Source: Gammaproteobacteria bacterium
GTDB taxonomy: Bacteria > Pseudomonadota > Gammaproteobacteria > DRLM01
NCBI GenBank assembly: GCA_023266095.1
Contig: JAHFRV010000001.1
Coordinates: 1-62,109 of the forward strand
Length of the DNA stretch: 62,109 nt
Direction: 5' to 3'
The notes under the pieces are model-generated. The model ran no database searches and was not told the DNA's origin. It was given only the letters and a program-made list of their open reading frames with translations. Both the position numbers and the translations under genes were made by a program. Shown here one piece after another: positions 13,311-22,207 of this stretch (position 1 is its first letter; each line of letters begins with the position of its first letter).

Positions 13311-13327
13311 CTCCTCAGGAGAACACC

Positions 13328-13942
13328 ATGTCAGAACTGACCCGCCGCCAAACTGAAATTCTACAGATGATTCGGGCACGCATGGAGGATGCCGGCCTTC
13401 CTCCCACCCGTGCCGAGATCGCCGAGAAATTCGGATTCCGCTCAGCCAACGCCGCCGAAGAACACCTGCGCACGCTGGAGCGCAAAGGTCACATCGAGAT
13501 CCTGCGCGGCACTTCCCGCGGCATCCGCCTGCTGCAAACCCAGAGCGGCCTGCCGCTGATCGGGCGGGTCGCGGCGGGCAACCCCATTCTCGCCGAACAA
13601 CATATCGAAACCCATTACCAGATCGACGCCAGTCTTTTTCAACCACGCGCCGATTACCTGCTGCGGGTACGCGGCCTGAGCATGCGTGACGCCGGCATAC
13701 TCGACGGCGACTTGCTCGCCGTGCACCGCACCACCGAGGTCCACCACGGCCAGATCGTGGTCGCCCGGCTCGACGATGAAGTCACCGTCAAACGTCTGGA
13801 CCGCCGCCGCGGTGAAAAATACGCGCTGCGCCTGCTGCCGGAAAACCCGGATTTCGCCCCTATTGAAGTGGACCTGCGCTATCAGCCCCTGGTCATCGAA
13901 GGCCTGGGCGTGGGCGTCATACGCCAAGGAAGCCCTTTATGA
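13328..13942 (+). CDS. lexA: SOS repressor LexA
   Basis: [17 protein letters not shown] cleavage site, GLSM (Ser), VTVKR (Lys); AGGAG RBS before ATG 13328. Confidence 0.98.
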   Translation: MSELTRRQTEILQMIRARMEDAGLPPTRAEIAEKFGFRSANAAEEHLRTLERKGHIEILRGTSRGIRLLQTQSGLPLIGRVAAGNPILAEQHIETHYQIDASLFQPRADYLLRVRGLSMRDAGILDGDLLAVHRTTEVHHGQIVVARLDDEVTVKRLDRRRGEKYALRLLPENPDFAPIEVDLRYQPLVIEGLGVGVIRQGSPL

Positions 13943-14613
13943 GCAACCTGCACAACAGCCTCGATACTGCCTCGCCATTCACGTTCCGGCACGGCGGAGA
14001 CCCGCGCCCCGTCCCGGCCGGCCTGCCCACCGGCTATCCTGCCCTCGACGCCGCGTTGCCCGGCGGCGGCTGGCCCCTCGGCGCGCTGACCGAGATCGTG
14101 TATCACCAAACCGGCAGCGACGAACTCAGCGTGGCCCTGCCCGCCCTGGCGCGGCTCAGCCAAGAAGGTCGCTGGCTGGCCTGGATCGCGCCGCCCCATA
14201 TCCCCATCGCCCCCACCCTGGCTGCTCATGGCGTCAACCTATCCCGCATATTGCTGGTCCATCCCCGTCCCGGCAGTGATGGCTTGCGCACGGTGGAAAT
14301 GGCGCTGCGTGCCGGCACCTGCGGCGCGGTTCTGGCTTGGCCCGCCGGCGGCGATGAATCCACCCTGCGCCGCTTGCAAGAAGCCGCCGCGGCCAGCAAG
14401 GCGTGGTGTTTGCTGTTTCGTGACGCACATACCGCGCGTCCGCCCGCGGCGGCGGTGGGGCTGCGGGTGGAAACCGCGCGGGACGGCCGGTCGGCGCAAA
14501 TACTCAATCATGCCAGCGGTCCGGCCGGGCAGCACATCCAGCTTGAACTGGCGTCTCGTCCCGCTGGCGATAACTCGGAGATCTTGAGAAGTGTGCCCAC
14601 GCTGCGGCATTAG
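13939..14613 (+). CDS. imuA: ImuA/SulA family RecA-like protein
   Basis: [36 protein letters not shown]; ATGA-coupled to lexA. Confidence 0.8.
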   Translation: MSNLHNSLDTASPFTFRHGGDPRPVPAGLPTGYPALDAALPGGGWPLGALTEIVYHQTGSDELSVALPALARLSQEGRWLAWIAPPHIPIAPTLAAHGVNLSRILLVHPRPGSDGLRTVEMALRAGTCGAVLAWPAGGDESTLRRLQEAAAASKAWCLLFRDAHTARPPAAAVGLRVETARDGRSAQILNHASGPAGQHIQLELASRPAGDNSEILRSVPTLRH

Positions 14614-14970
14614 ACCGGCTCGTACGATATTACCCCACTTCGGGTACCGCGAGCTTCAGCCAAGTAAGGACAACGTGGAGTAAATACTTCCAATTCGCAT
14701 ATTTTTTAAGGTGTAGTGACGGCAAGACTGATGAGAACGGTAAACCGGAGGTTTGGCGCATCCTCTGCGCCGACTGAGCGCCTCAGACGGCTCATCGATA
14801 CAACGAAACCCGGAAGCCTTGCTGGAACAAGTGAATTCAAACTCGATCGGGCACGGGATATTTTTAACCGCGCTATACCTGAATTAGCGTTGTGACTAAA
14901 ACGCCGATACACGATTTACTGCAACATCGGCGGACAAGATGCGATGCCGCCTACGCAGAGTGCGTGTTAA

Positions 14971-16323
14971 TCACACCCCCGCCAAGCGCACGCCCAAGCC
15001 TATCACGGCGCAGGCCGCGATGACGGCAATCACTCCCAACCTGAAACGGAACAAGGCGAGCAAGGCCAGAATACCGATCACCGCGGCCACGCCATCGAAC
15101 GACCCGGCGAAACCTTGCGGCCAGAACACGTGATAAGCAAAGAACAGAGCGAGATTGACGATGACCCCCACCACCGCGGCGGTGATGGCGCTGAGCGGGG
15201 CGGTGAATTTAAGGTCGTCGCGGGTCGATTCGACCCAAGGTCCGCCCAGCAGGATAAACAGGAACGACGGCAGAAAGGTGAAATACGTCGCGACCAGCGC
15301 GCCCACCGCCCCGGCCAGCACCAGCCCTTCGGGCCCGAACACCTGGTGCTGCCACGCCCCCACGAAACCGACGAAGGCCACCACCATGATCAGCGGGCCC
15401 GGCGTGGTCTCGCCGAGGGCCAGGCCGTCGATCATTTGCGTCGCGCTCAACCACTGGTGGTGTTCGACCCCGCCTTGATACACATAGGGCAACACCGCAT
15501 AGGCGCCGCCGAAGGTCAGCAAGGCGGCCTTGGTGAAGAACCAGCCCATTTGCGTGAAGGTGGCCTGCCAACCGAACCACGCCAGCAACATACCCATGCC
15601 GCCCAGCCAGCAGGCCGCCCCCACCGCGCCGTAACGCAGCATGCGCGCCCGCGAGTGGCGGGCATGGGCGGGAATCAGCGTATCGTCGTCGATCAGGGCC
15701 GGGGCAGCGGCTTGGACCTTACCGCCGCCGTGGCCAGCGCCGATATGGAACCGCTCCGGCGCGAGACGGCCACCCAACCAGCCGATGATGGCCGCGCCGA
15801 GTATGATGGCCGGAAATGGCAACTTAAATATAAAAAGGCCGACGAAGGCCAACACCGCGACCGCCCACAACACGCCGTTTTTCAACACCCGTGAACCGAT
15901 GCGGTAAGCCGCGAACAACACGATGGCCGTCACCGCCGGCTTGATGCCGTACAACACCCCCGCCACAGCGGGCACGTCGCCGAAGGCCAGGTACAACCAG
16001 GACAGCACGATCAAGATCAGCAGCGAAGGCAGCACAAACAGCGTACCCGCGACGATGCCGCCCCAACTGCCGTGCAACAGCCAGCCGATGTAGGTCGCGA
16101 GTTGCTGCGCCTCGGGTCCGGGCAGCACCATGCAATAATTGAGAGCATGCAGAAAGCGTTTTTCGGAAATCCAACGGCGGCGCTCCACCAGTTCCTGGTG
16201 CATGACGGCAATCTGGCCGGCCGGCCCACCGAAGCTGATGAATCCCAGCTTCAACCAAAAACGCAAAGCCTCTGCGCGGGAGACGCTGGCAACTGGCGGC
16301 TTGGACATGGGGTCATGAGTCAT
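14971..16323 (-). CDS. chrA: Chromate efflux transporter (long-chain CHR)
   Basis: [43 protein letters not shown]. Confidence 0.93.
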   Translation of the reverse strand: MTHDPMSKPPVASVSRAEALRFWLKLGFISFGGPAGQIAVMHQELVERRRWISEKRFLHALNYCMVLPGPEAQQLATYIGWLLHGSWGGIVAGTLFVLPSLLILIVLSWLYLAFGDVPAVAGVLYGIKPAVTAIVLFAAYRIGSRVLKNGVLWAVAVLAFVGLFIFKLPFPAIILGAAIIGWLGGRLAPERFHIGAGHGGGKVQAAAPALIDDDTLIPAHARHSRARMLRYGAVGAACWLGGMGMLLAWFGWQATFTQMGWFFTKAALLTFGGAYAVLPYVYQGGVEHHQWLSATQMIDGLALGETTPGPLIMVVAFVGFVGAWQHQVFGPEGLVLAGAVGALVATYFTFLPSFLFILLGGPWVESTRDDLKFTAPLSAITAAVVGVIVNLALFFAYHVFWPQGFAGSFDGVAAVIGILALLALFRFRLGVIAVIAACAVIGLGVRLAGV

Positions 16324-16666
16324 TAAAAACGTTCATAAGTGGCGCGCGGGCTTGCATCCGTTACGCAGCGATGGAGGCGATGCGCGCCTAATGCTGCCAG
16401 TCGTCCAGCGAAACGACAACCCTACACGACTTGCCCTTCCCTTAATACCCGGCTTCGAGATAGAATGCGCGCCGATCGTCGGCTATGAGGCCGGTGAGAG
16501 ATATCCCGGCCAACCTTCAGTTTGGGGTTCGCAGTCATCCCGTAATCCCGAGTCTCCGGGATCAGTTTCCCACCAACGCAGCACACCTCCCCGCACACCG
16601 GCCATGAGTTGGCGCGTGGCGCTGTGCGGAAACGGGCGTATGCAGCACCTCCGGATTTACCACACT

Positions 16667-19342
16667 ATGCGCGCATCCAGTTTCACTATTCTGATTTTAG
16701 TGGTCGCGGCCAATCTAGTGCTGTGGGCCAGCCTCAACCGGCCGCAACCGGCAGCGACCTGGACCGGGGTCATCAACGGCGTCTCCTTCAGCCCTTACCA
16801 TCGCGACGACGACCCGCTGCAAGAACATTACCCCACCGCGCAGGAAATCGACACCGACCTCAAACTCATCGCCACCAAAGTGCACAAGGTGCGCACCTAT
16901 TCCTCGACCGACGGCCTGGAAACCATTCCCAGCCTCGCGCAAAAACACGGCCTCACCGTCACCGCCGGCGCATGGCTGGACAAAGATACCGCCAATAACA
17001 GCTTGGAAATCGCCAATCTCATCAGGAACGCGCGCCAGTTCAGCAATATCGACCGGCTGATCGTCGGCAACGAAGCCGTGCTGCGCGGCGATCTCACCAT
17101 CGACCAACTCGCCACTTATCTCAAACAAGTGCGCAAACAGACCAAACTGCCGGTAAGCACCGCCGAACCCTGGCATGTGTGGATCAAACACCCCGAGCTC
17201 GCGAAAAACGTCGATTTCATCGCCGCCCATATTTTGCCTTACTGGGAAGGCGAGCCTGCCGACACCGCCATCGATTTCGTCGCGGAGCGCTACCGGCAAC
17301 TGCAAAGCGCATTTCCCGGCAAGCCCATTCTGATCGCCGAGGTGGGCTGGCCCAGCGACGGTAACCGCCTGCAATCCGCGCGCGCCTCCCTCGCCGCCGA
17401 AGCCCAATTCATCCGGCAGTTCCTCAATCTGGCCCAGGAGGAACAGTTCGATTACTTCATCATGGAAGCTTTCGATCAACCGTGGAAACAGGCCTTTGAA
17501 GGCACGGTAGGCGCGCATTGGGGGCTTTACGATGTGGAACGCCGCGAGAAATTCGCCATGTCCGGCCCCATCGTCGCCAACCCGCACTGGCCGCTCGAGG
17601 CCGCCGCCGCGGCGCTGCTCGCCCTGTTGCCGATGATTTGGTTTTTGATGCGCTGGCGCGATCTGCGCGCGCGCGGCCGGCTGTTCTTCGCCCTGCTCAT
17701 CCAGAGCGTGGCCTGCGCGCTGACGCTCAGCGCCTTCGCGCCCTTCACCGAAGATCTCTCGCTGCTGGGCACCGTGGCCTGGGGCGTGTTGCTGCCGGCG
17801 CAGATCGCACTGTACGCCGTCATCCTCATCAACGGCCTCGAACTGGTGGAAATGTCCTGGCTGCGGCGTTTCAAACGGCAGTTCACCGCGCTGCATCCCG
17901 CGCCCGAACACCCGTTGCCCAAAGTCTCGCTACACCTCGCCATCTGCAACGAACCGCCCGACCTTGTTAAGCAAACCTTAGCCAGTCTCGCGGCCCTCGA
18001 TTACCCAGATTTTGAAGTGCTGGTGATCGACAACAACACCAAAGATTCCGCGGTGTGGCGGCCGGTGGCGGAATACTGCGCCGAACTCGGACCGCGTTTC
18101 CGTTTCTTCTCGCTGGGCCAGTGGCCGGGCTACAAGGCCGGCGCGCTCAATTTCGCCCTGAAGGAAACCGCGGCGGACGCCGCGATCATCGGCGTGGTGG
18201 ACAGCGATTATCTCGTGCGGCGCGACTGGCTGCGCAGCCTCGTTCCGTATTTCGAACGCGAACCGGTGGCCTTCGTGCAGGCGCCGCAGGATCACCGCGA
18301 ATGGGAAGGCGACCGCTTCAAGGAGATGATCAACTGGGAATACGCCGGCTTCTTCCACATCGGCATGGTGCACCGCAATGAGCGCAACGCCATCATTCAA
18401 CACGGCACCATGACCTTGATCCGCCGCGCGGCGCTCGAAGAGCTGAACGGCTGGTCCGAGTGGTGCATCTGCGAAGACGCCGAACTGGGTCTGCGCCTCT
18501 TCGAACGCGGCTACGAATCGGTCTACGTCAACGACGTCTTCGGCAAGGGTCTCACCCCGCATTCCTACGCCGGCTACAAAGGCCAGCGTTTCCGCTGGGC
18601 CTACGGCGCCGTACAAATCCTCAAACGCCATTCGCGCCAACTGTGGTCCGGCAAAGACAACCAACTGACCGCCGGCCAGCGTTACCACTTCCTCAGCGGC
18701 TGGCTGCCGTGGTTCAGCGACGGCCTGCACGTGGTGTTCACCGCCGCGGCGATGTTCTGGACGCTGGGTCTGTTACTGGCGCCGGCGCATGTGCAGTTTC
18801 CGTTATGGGCTTTTCTGGTGCCGATCCTCGCGGTGTTCGCCTACAAACTGCTGCACGCGCTGTGGCTGTACAGCCTGCGGGTACCCTGCACGCTCTCGCA
18901 GCGGATCGGCGCCGCCATCGCCGGCATGTCGCTGACTCACACCATAGGCCGCGCCATGATTCAAGGCCTGTTCACCTCCGGCCAGCCTTTCTTGCGCACG
19001 CCCAAGGCCGAAGACAAACCCGCACTGATACGCGGCTTGGCCATGGCTCGCGAAGAGTTATTCATGCTGGTGGGCTTAATCATTTCCGCCGGCGCGGTGT
19101 TGAGCGTCTACGGCGTGAACCATGAAGAGGCCATGTGGTGGACAGTCGTGCTGACCGTGCAATCCGTGCCCTATGTCGCGGCCCTTTATTGCTCGCTGAT
19201 CAATGCGCTGCCCACCCGCAATAAGCAAGCTGCGGCTGTGCCGGCGCCGGCCACAGCGCTGCAACACGGCCCGCTGCTCGAAACCACTAGCGCGCCGGTG
19301 CTCGTGGAAGGTTTTAAAACCGCACGGCAAGAAGCGGCATAA
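16667..19342 (+). CDS. ndvB: GH17 + GT2 fusion, NdvB-like periplasmic (cyclic) beta-glucan synthase (likely start MRASSF)
   Basis: GH17: VRTY, VGNE, HILPYWEG, EVGWPS, EAFDQPWK. After the TM helices, GT2: DNNT, KAGALN, DSD, EDAELG, QRFRW. Confidence 0.85.
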   Translation: MRASSFTILILVVAANLVLWASLNRPQPAATWTGVINGVSFSPYHRDDDPLQEHYPTAQEIDTDLKLIATKVHKVRTYSSTDGLETIPSLAQKHGLTVTAGAWLDKDTANNSLEIANLIRNARQFSNIDRLIVGNEAVLRGDLTIDQLATYLKQVRKQTKLPVSTAEPWHVWIKHPELAKNVDFIAAHILPYWEGEPADTAIDFVAERYRQLQSAFPGKPILIAEVGWPSDGNRLQSARASLAAEAQFIRQFLNLAQEEQFDYFIMEAFDQPWKQAFEGTVGAHWGLYDVERREKFAMSGPIVANPHWPLEAAAAALLALLPMIWFLMRWRDLRARGRLFFALLIQSVACALTLSAFAPFTEDLSLLGTVAWGVLLPAQIALYAVILINGLELVEMSWLRRFKRQFTALHPAPEHPLPKVSLHLAICNEPPDLVKQTLASLAALDYPDFEVLVIDNNTKDSAVWRPVAEYCAELGPRFRFFSLGQWPGYKAGALNFALKETAADAAIIGVVDSDYLVRRDWLRSLVPYFEREPVAFVQAPQDHREWEGDRFKEMINWEYAGFFHIGMVHRNERNAIIQHGTMTLIRRAALEELNGWSEWCICEDAELGLRLFERGYESVYVNDVFGKGLTPHSYAGYKGQRFRWAYGAVQILKRHSRQLWSGKDNQLTAGQRYHFLSGWLPWFSDGLHVVFTAAAMFWTLGLLLAPAHVQFPLWAFLVPILAVFAYKLLHALWLYSLRVPCTLSQRIGAAIAGMSLTHTIGRAMIQGLFTSGQPFLRTPKAEDKPALIRGLAMAREELFMLVGLIISAGAVLSVYGVNHEEAMWWTVVLTVQSVPYVAALYCSLINALPTRNKQAAAVPAPATALQHGPLLETTSAPVLVEGFKTARQEAA

Positions 19343-19525
19343 GTTCGAACATTATTTGGACGGCGCCGGCTGAGGTCGGGCCCGGGCCAATGCGTGAATA
19401 CCCGCCGTCCGTTCCGTCCTTGCTTGAACTGTTTCTTTTAGATACCCGACTGACGGTATCGTTTTTTTTATTCCGTCGTCGATCCGAGACATTTCTTTAC
19501 CGCTCGCGTCGTCTTCGCGCGACAT

Positions 19526-19554
19526 TTGACAAGCCGCTTCCCACTGCCTAATGT
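19526..19554 (+). promoter_or_regulatory. Putative sigma70 promoter
   Basis: TTGACA-N17-TAATGT, about 140 nt upstream of the small secreted protein gene. Confidence 0.5.
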
Positions 19555-19695
19555 GATATGGCATTCAGCAAGGGAATGTTTCCACCTCGGCAAGCCATTC
19601 CGCGCATTACCCTCTGTTCACTCACCTTCACTGAGCGCAGCTTGCAAGGTGGAATCGTCAAACGTGATATTTCCACACATCCACAGGAGACACTC

Positions 19696-19953
19696 ATGAG
19701 AAAATTCTTAGCGATGACCGTGCTTGCCGGCAGCATGACGGCGTTGTCCGGACTGGCGTTCGCGGATGACGACTTCAAAGGTACTTTGGTGAAAATCGAC
19801 GGCGAGTTCTATGTCGTCAAAGACAAAAATGGCGTGGAGCACCGCGCCCACTTTGACGCCACCACCAAGAAAAAAGGCGACATCAAAGAAGGCGGCATGG
19901 TCGAAATCCATGTCAAGGACGGACACACCACCAGCATCGAAGTAGACAAGTAA
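19696..19953 (+). CDS. Small secreted beta-rich (OB-fold-like) protein
   Basis: AGGAG RBS; signal peptide ending AFA; mature part GTLVKIDGEFYVVKD...GDIKEGGMVEIHV. Confidence 0.75.
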   Translation: MRKFLAMTVLAGSMTALSGLAFADDDFKGTLVKIDGEFYVVKDKNGVEHRAHFDATTKKKGDIKEGGMVEIHVKDGHTTSIEVDK

Positions 19954-19966
19954 GCAAGCAGTCCAG

Positions 19967-19997
19967 AGCGGTGCGGATGCCCTCCGCACCGCCTCTT
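19967..19997 (+). terminator. Stem-loop between convergent genes
   Basis: GCGGTGCGGA-TGCCC-TCCGCACCGC hairpin with a weak T tail. Confidence 0.55.
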
Positions 19998-20100
19998 GCA
20001 CCTGACGGCCCAGCGCGGTCCAACAGTCCGGCCATCAACCCGATCAAACATCCCTATTGCAAGAACCTCGTCAGAAAAACCGTCAAACTTCGACTTACCT

Positions 20101-22032
20101 TTACCAGTGCAAGGCCCGCAGCCGGCTGATCTTCTTCTTTTGATGGGCCTGCATACGCACCAGGATATTACTCAACACCTTGACCGCGTCCACCACATAG
20201 GGGCCCTTGTTGAGCATCACGCATTCGGCGCGCACGCCCATCGCCGCATCGGTGATCTCAGGACGTGAGCTGATGCCTTTTTTGGCGAGCGATTCCAACA
20301 CGCCGGTCGCCCAGATCACCGGCACGTGCGCCGCTTCGCACAACCACAATATCTCTTCCTGTATCTCCGCGAGACGGACGCTGCCCAGCTCCACCGCGAG
20401 ATCGCCGCGCGCGATCATGACGCCCACCGCATGACGGCCGATGCTGCCCAGGATAATCTCCGGCAGATTGGCGACCGCCCGCTTGGTTTCGATCTTGGCG
20501 ATGATGGGCAACTCGGGCGCGCCGCGCGCCGCCAAGGCGGACATCAGATTATCCATATCCTCCATGGTTTCGACGAAGGAGAAACCCACCATGTCGGCGT
20601 GCTGGCAGACAAAATCCAAATCGCCGAGATCCTGTTCACTGAGGGAGGGCAGATCGAGGCGGGTCTCGGGAAAATTAAGCCCTTTTTCAGCGAGCAGCTT
20701 CACCCCCTTGGGTCCGGCCTGGGTCACCCGCAGCAAGGCCCCCTCCTCCGTCAGCGCCTCCACCACGGCGCCCAAACGCCCGTCGTCTATCCATACCGGA
20801 TCACCGGGCGCCAACCGCCCGAGCGCCTCCGGCACGCTGCAACTGATATGCGCCGGGCGCCAAATCTGTTCCGTCTCCGCTCCCCCGGCTTGCGCCGGTT
20901 CTCCCGGCACGGCGACTCGCGTCAGCAACAGATGATCGCCCGCGCAGAGTTTGATCTCCACTGGCTGACCCGTGAATTCGCATAAAGCCAACTGCCGCGT
21001 CCGCGCGCCGTTGTGCGCGGCCGACTGCGAACGCCGCCACGTCAACGGCGTGCCGGACATCAGATAAGCGGTCTTGGCGCAGTGCGCCAGCAACACCCCG
21101 CTTTCAGTTTTGTCGACAATCTCAAAATGGCGGGTCTTTTGCCGGGCATCGTGAAATTCCAGGCAATCGCCCACTTCGAGACGGCGCTGCTCGGCGTCGG
21201 GCAGGCGCAGGACATGAGACGCGACGACACCGAGCGTCGCCGCGCTCCCGGCCGGCATACTTTCCGGAACAAACGCAATCTGCGCCGGCGCCACGACCCG
21301 CCCGCAGTTATCCTTTTGAGGTTTTATCCGTTTCACGGCGGGTCCGGCCCGCAACGGTCCGGTACGCAACTTGTGCCCCGCCAGATCCATGAGAATCTTG
21401 CAGTCACGCCCGACCTCCGCCGCGGCGCGGCGCACATGTTTGACCATGCCCTCCCATAACGCGGGCTCGTCGTGGGCGCAATTGATGCGCGCGCAATCCA
21501 TGCCGTGATCGACCAAGGCCTTAACCTGCGCGTAATCCCAGGCGGCCTCGGTGGGCAAGGTGACCATGATGCGAACGCGGCGGCCGCCGTTGCGCGCACC
21601 GAACAAGCGGTCGGTGTACCGCTCCAGCATGCCCGAGCCGGCCGCCTGAGATGCCGTGTTGAATCCCGCCGCCCCCTCTTCGTCACCGGCCACGCCTACC
21701 GCCCGCCGCAGCAAGCCGATGACCCGCTCGAGATTGGCGATGACATGGGGCTCGCCCCGCCCCAGCGACGACAGGCCGGCCCGCGCCAGCCGCTCCTGCA
21801 AGGGCCGCAGATCCTGGCTGCGCAAGCTCAGATAATGGGCGAGGTTCACCGCGCTGTCATTGAAGGCGCCGTCAGGATAATGCGCCGCGTAACGCTGCAG
21901 GCGAGTGGCGGCGCCGGCGATCACGCTCTCCCGCAAAGCCGACATTTCCGCGAGCAGATGGCCCAGCTCATCGGTGACAACGGGGGTCTCCCCGCCTTGG
22001 GTGTGGGGCATAATGGTCGATGAATCAATCAT
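20101..22032 (-). CDS. pyk: Long-form pyruvate kinase (Pyk2-like: extended N-terminus, enlarged B domain, no C-terminal allosteric domain); start approximate
   Basis: ARINCAH, MDLAGHKLRTG, IDDG, KGLNFP, FSFV, AKIET, MIARGDLAVE, ECVMLNKG. Confidence 0.88.
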   Translation of the reverse strand: MIDSSTIMPHTQGGETPVVTDELGHLLAEMSALRESVIAGAATRLQRYAAHYPDGAFNDSAVNLAHYLSLRSQDLRPLQERLARAGLSSLGRGEPHVIANLERVIGLLRRAVGVAGDEEGAAGFNTASQAAGSGMLERYTDRLFGARNGGRRVRIMVTLPTEAAWDYAQVKALVDHGMDCARINCAHDEPALWEGMVKHVRRAAAEVGRDCKILMDLAGHKLRTGPLRAGPAVKRIKPQKDNCGRVVAPAQIAFVPESMPAGSAATLGVVASHVLRLPDAEQRRLEVGDCLEFHDARQKTRHFEIVDKTESGVLLAHCAKTAYLMSGTPLTWRRSQSAAHNGARTRQLALCEFTGQPVEIKLCAGDHLLLTRVAVPGEPAQAGGAETEQIWRPAHISCSVPEALGRLAPGDPVWIDDGRLGAVVEALTEEGALLRVTQAGPKGVKLLAEKGLNFPETRLDLPSLSEQDLGDLDFVCQHADMVGFSFVETMEDMDNLMSALAARGAPELPIIAKIETKRAVANLPEIILGSIGRHAVGVMIARGDLAVELGSVRLAEIQEEILWLCEAAHVPVIWATGVLESLAKKGISSRPEITDAAMGVRAECVMLNKGPYVVDAVKVLSNILVRMQAHQKKKISRLRALHW

Positions 22033-22053
22033 AGGAACAATTCGCAAATGGGA

Positions 22054-22087
22054 ATTCTAGGCTGGCAATATGACCGATATATGACAC
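22054..22087 (-). promoter_or_regulatory. Pho box + -10 element driving pyk
   Basis: Minus strand GTGTCAT-ATAT-CGGTCAT (11-nt repeat), then 10 nt, then TAGAAT. Confidence 0.7.
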
Positions 22088-22138
22088 TTCCCATCCTGCG
22101 CGGGGATTGCAACCGCTTGGCAAACGACCAAGCCCTTT

Positions 22139-22172
22139 GTGTCATCTTAATGACATAAACCTAGAATAGGAT
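22139..22172 (+). promoter_or_regulatory. Pho box + -10 element driving ppk1
   Basis: GTGTCAT-CTTA-ATGACAT (11-nt repeat), then 10 nt, then TAGGAT. Confidence 0.65.
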
Positions 22173-22207
22173 TGTTTGCATTGAGAATGCTGGCTGTATC
22201 CCGCCCA

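Noticed and set aside
14721-14825. Hammerhead-like core CTGATGA...CGAAAC with a possible stem I (GGCAAG/CTTGCT)
   Set aside because: No stem III with an NUH cleavage triplet, and stem II does not pair beyond one base pair.
19352-19564. 70-aa minus-strand ORF
   Set aside because: No recognisable motif or RBS; overlaps a predicted opposite-strand promoter.
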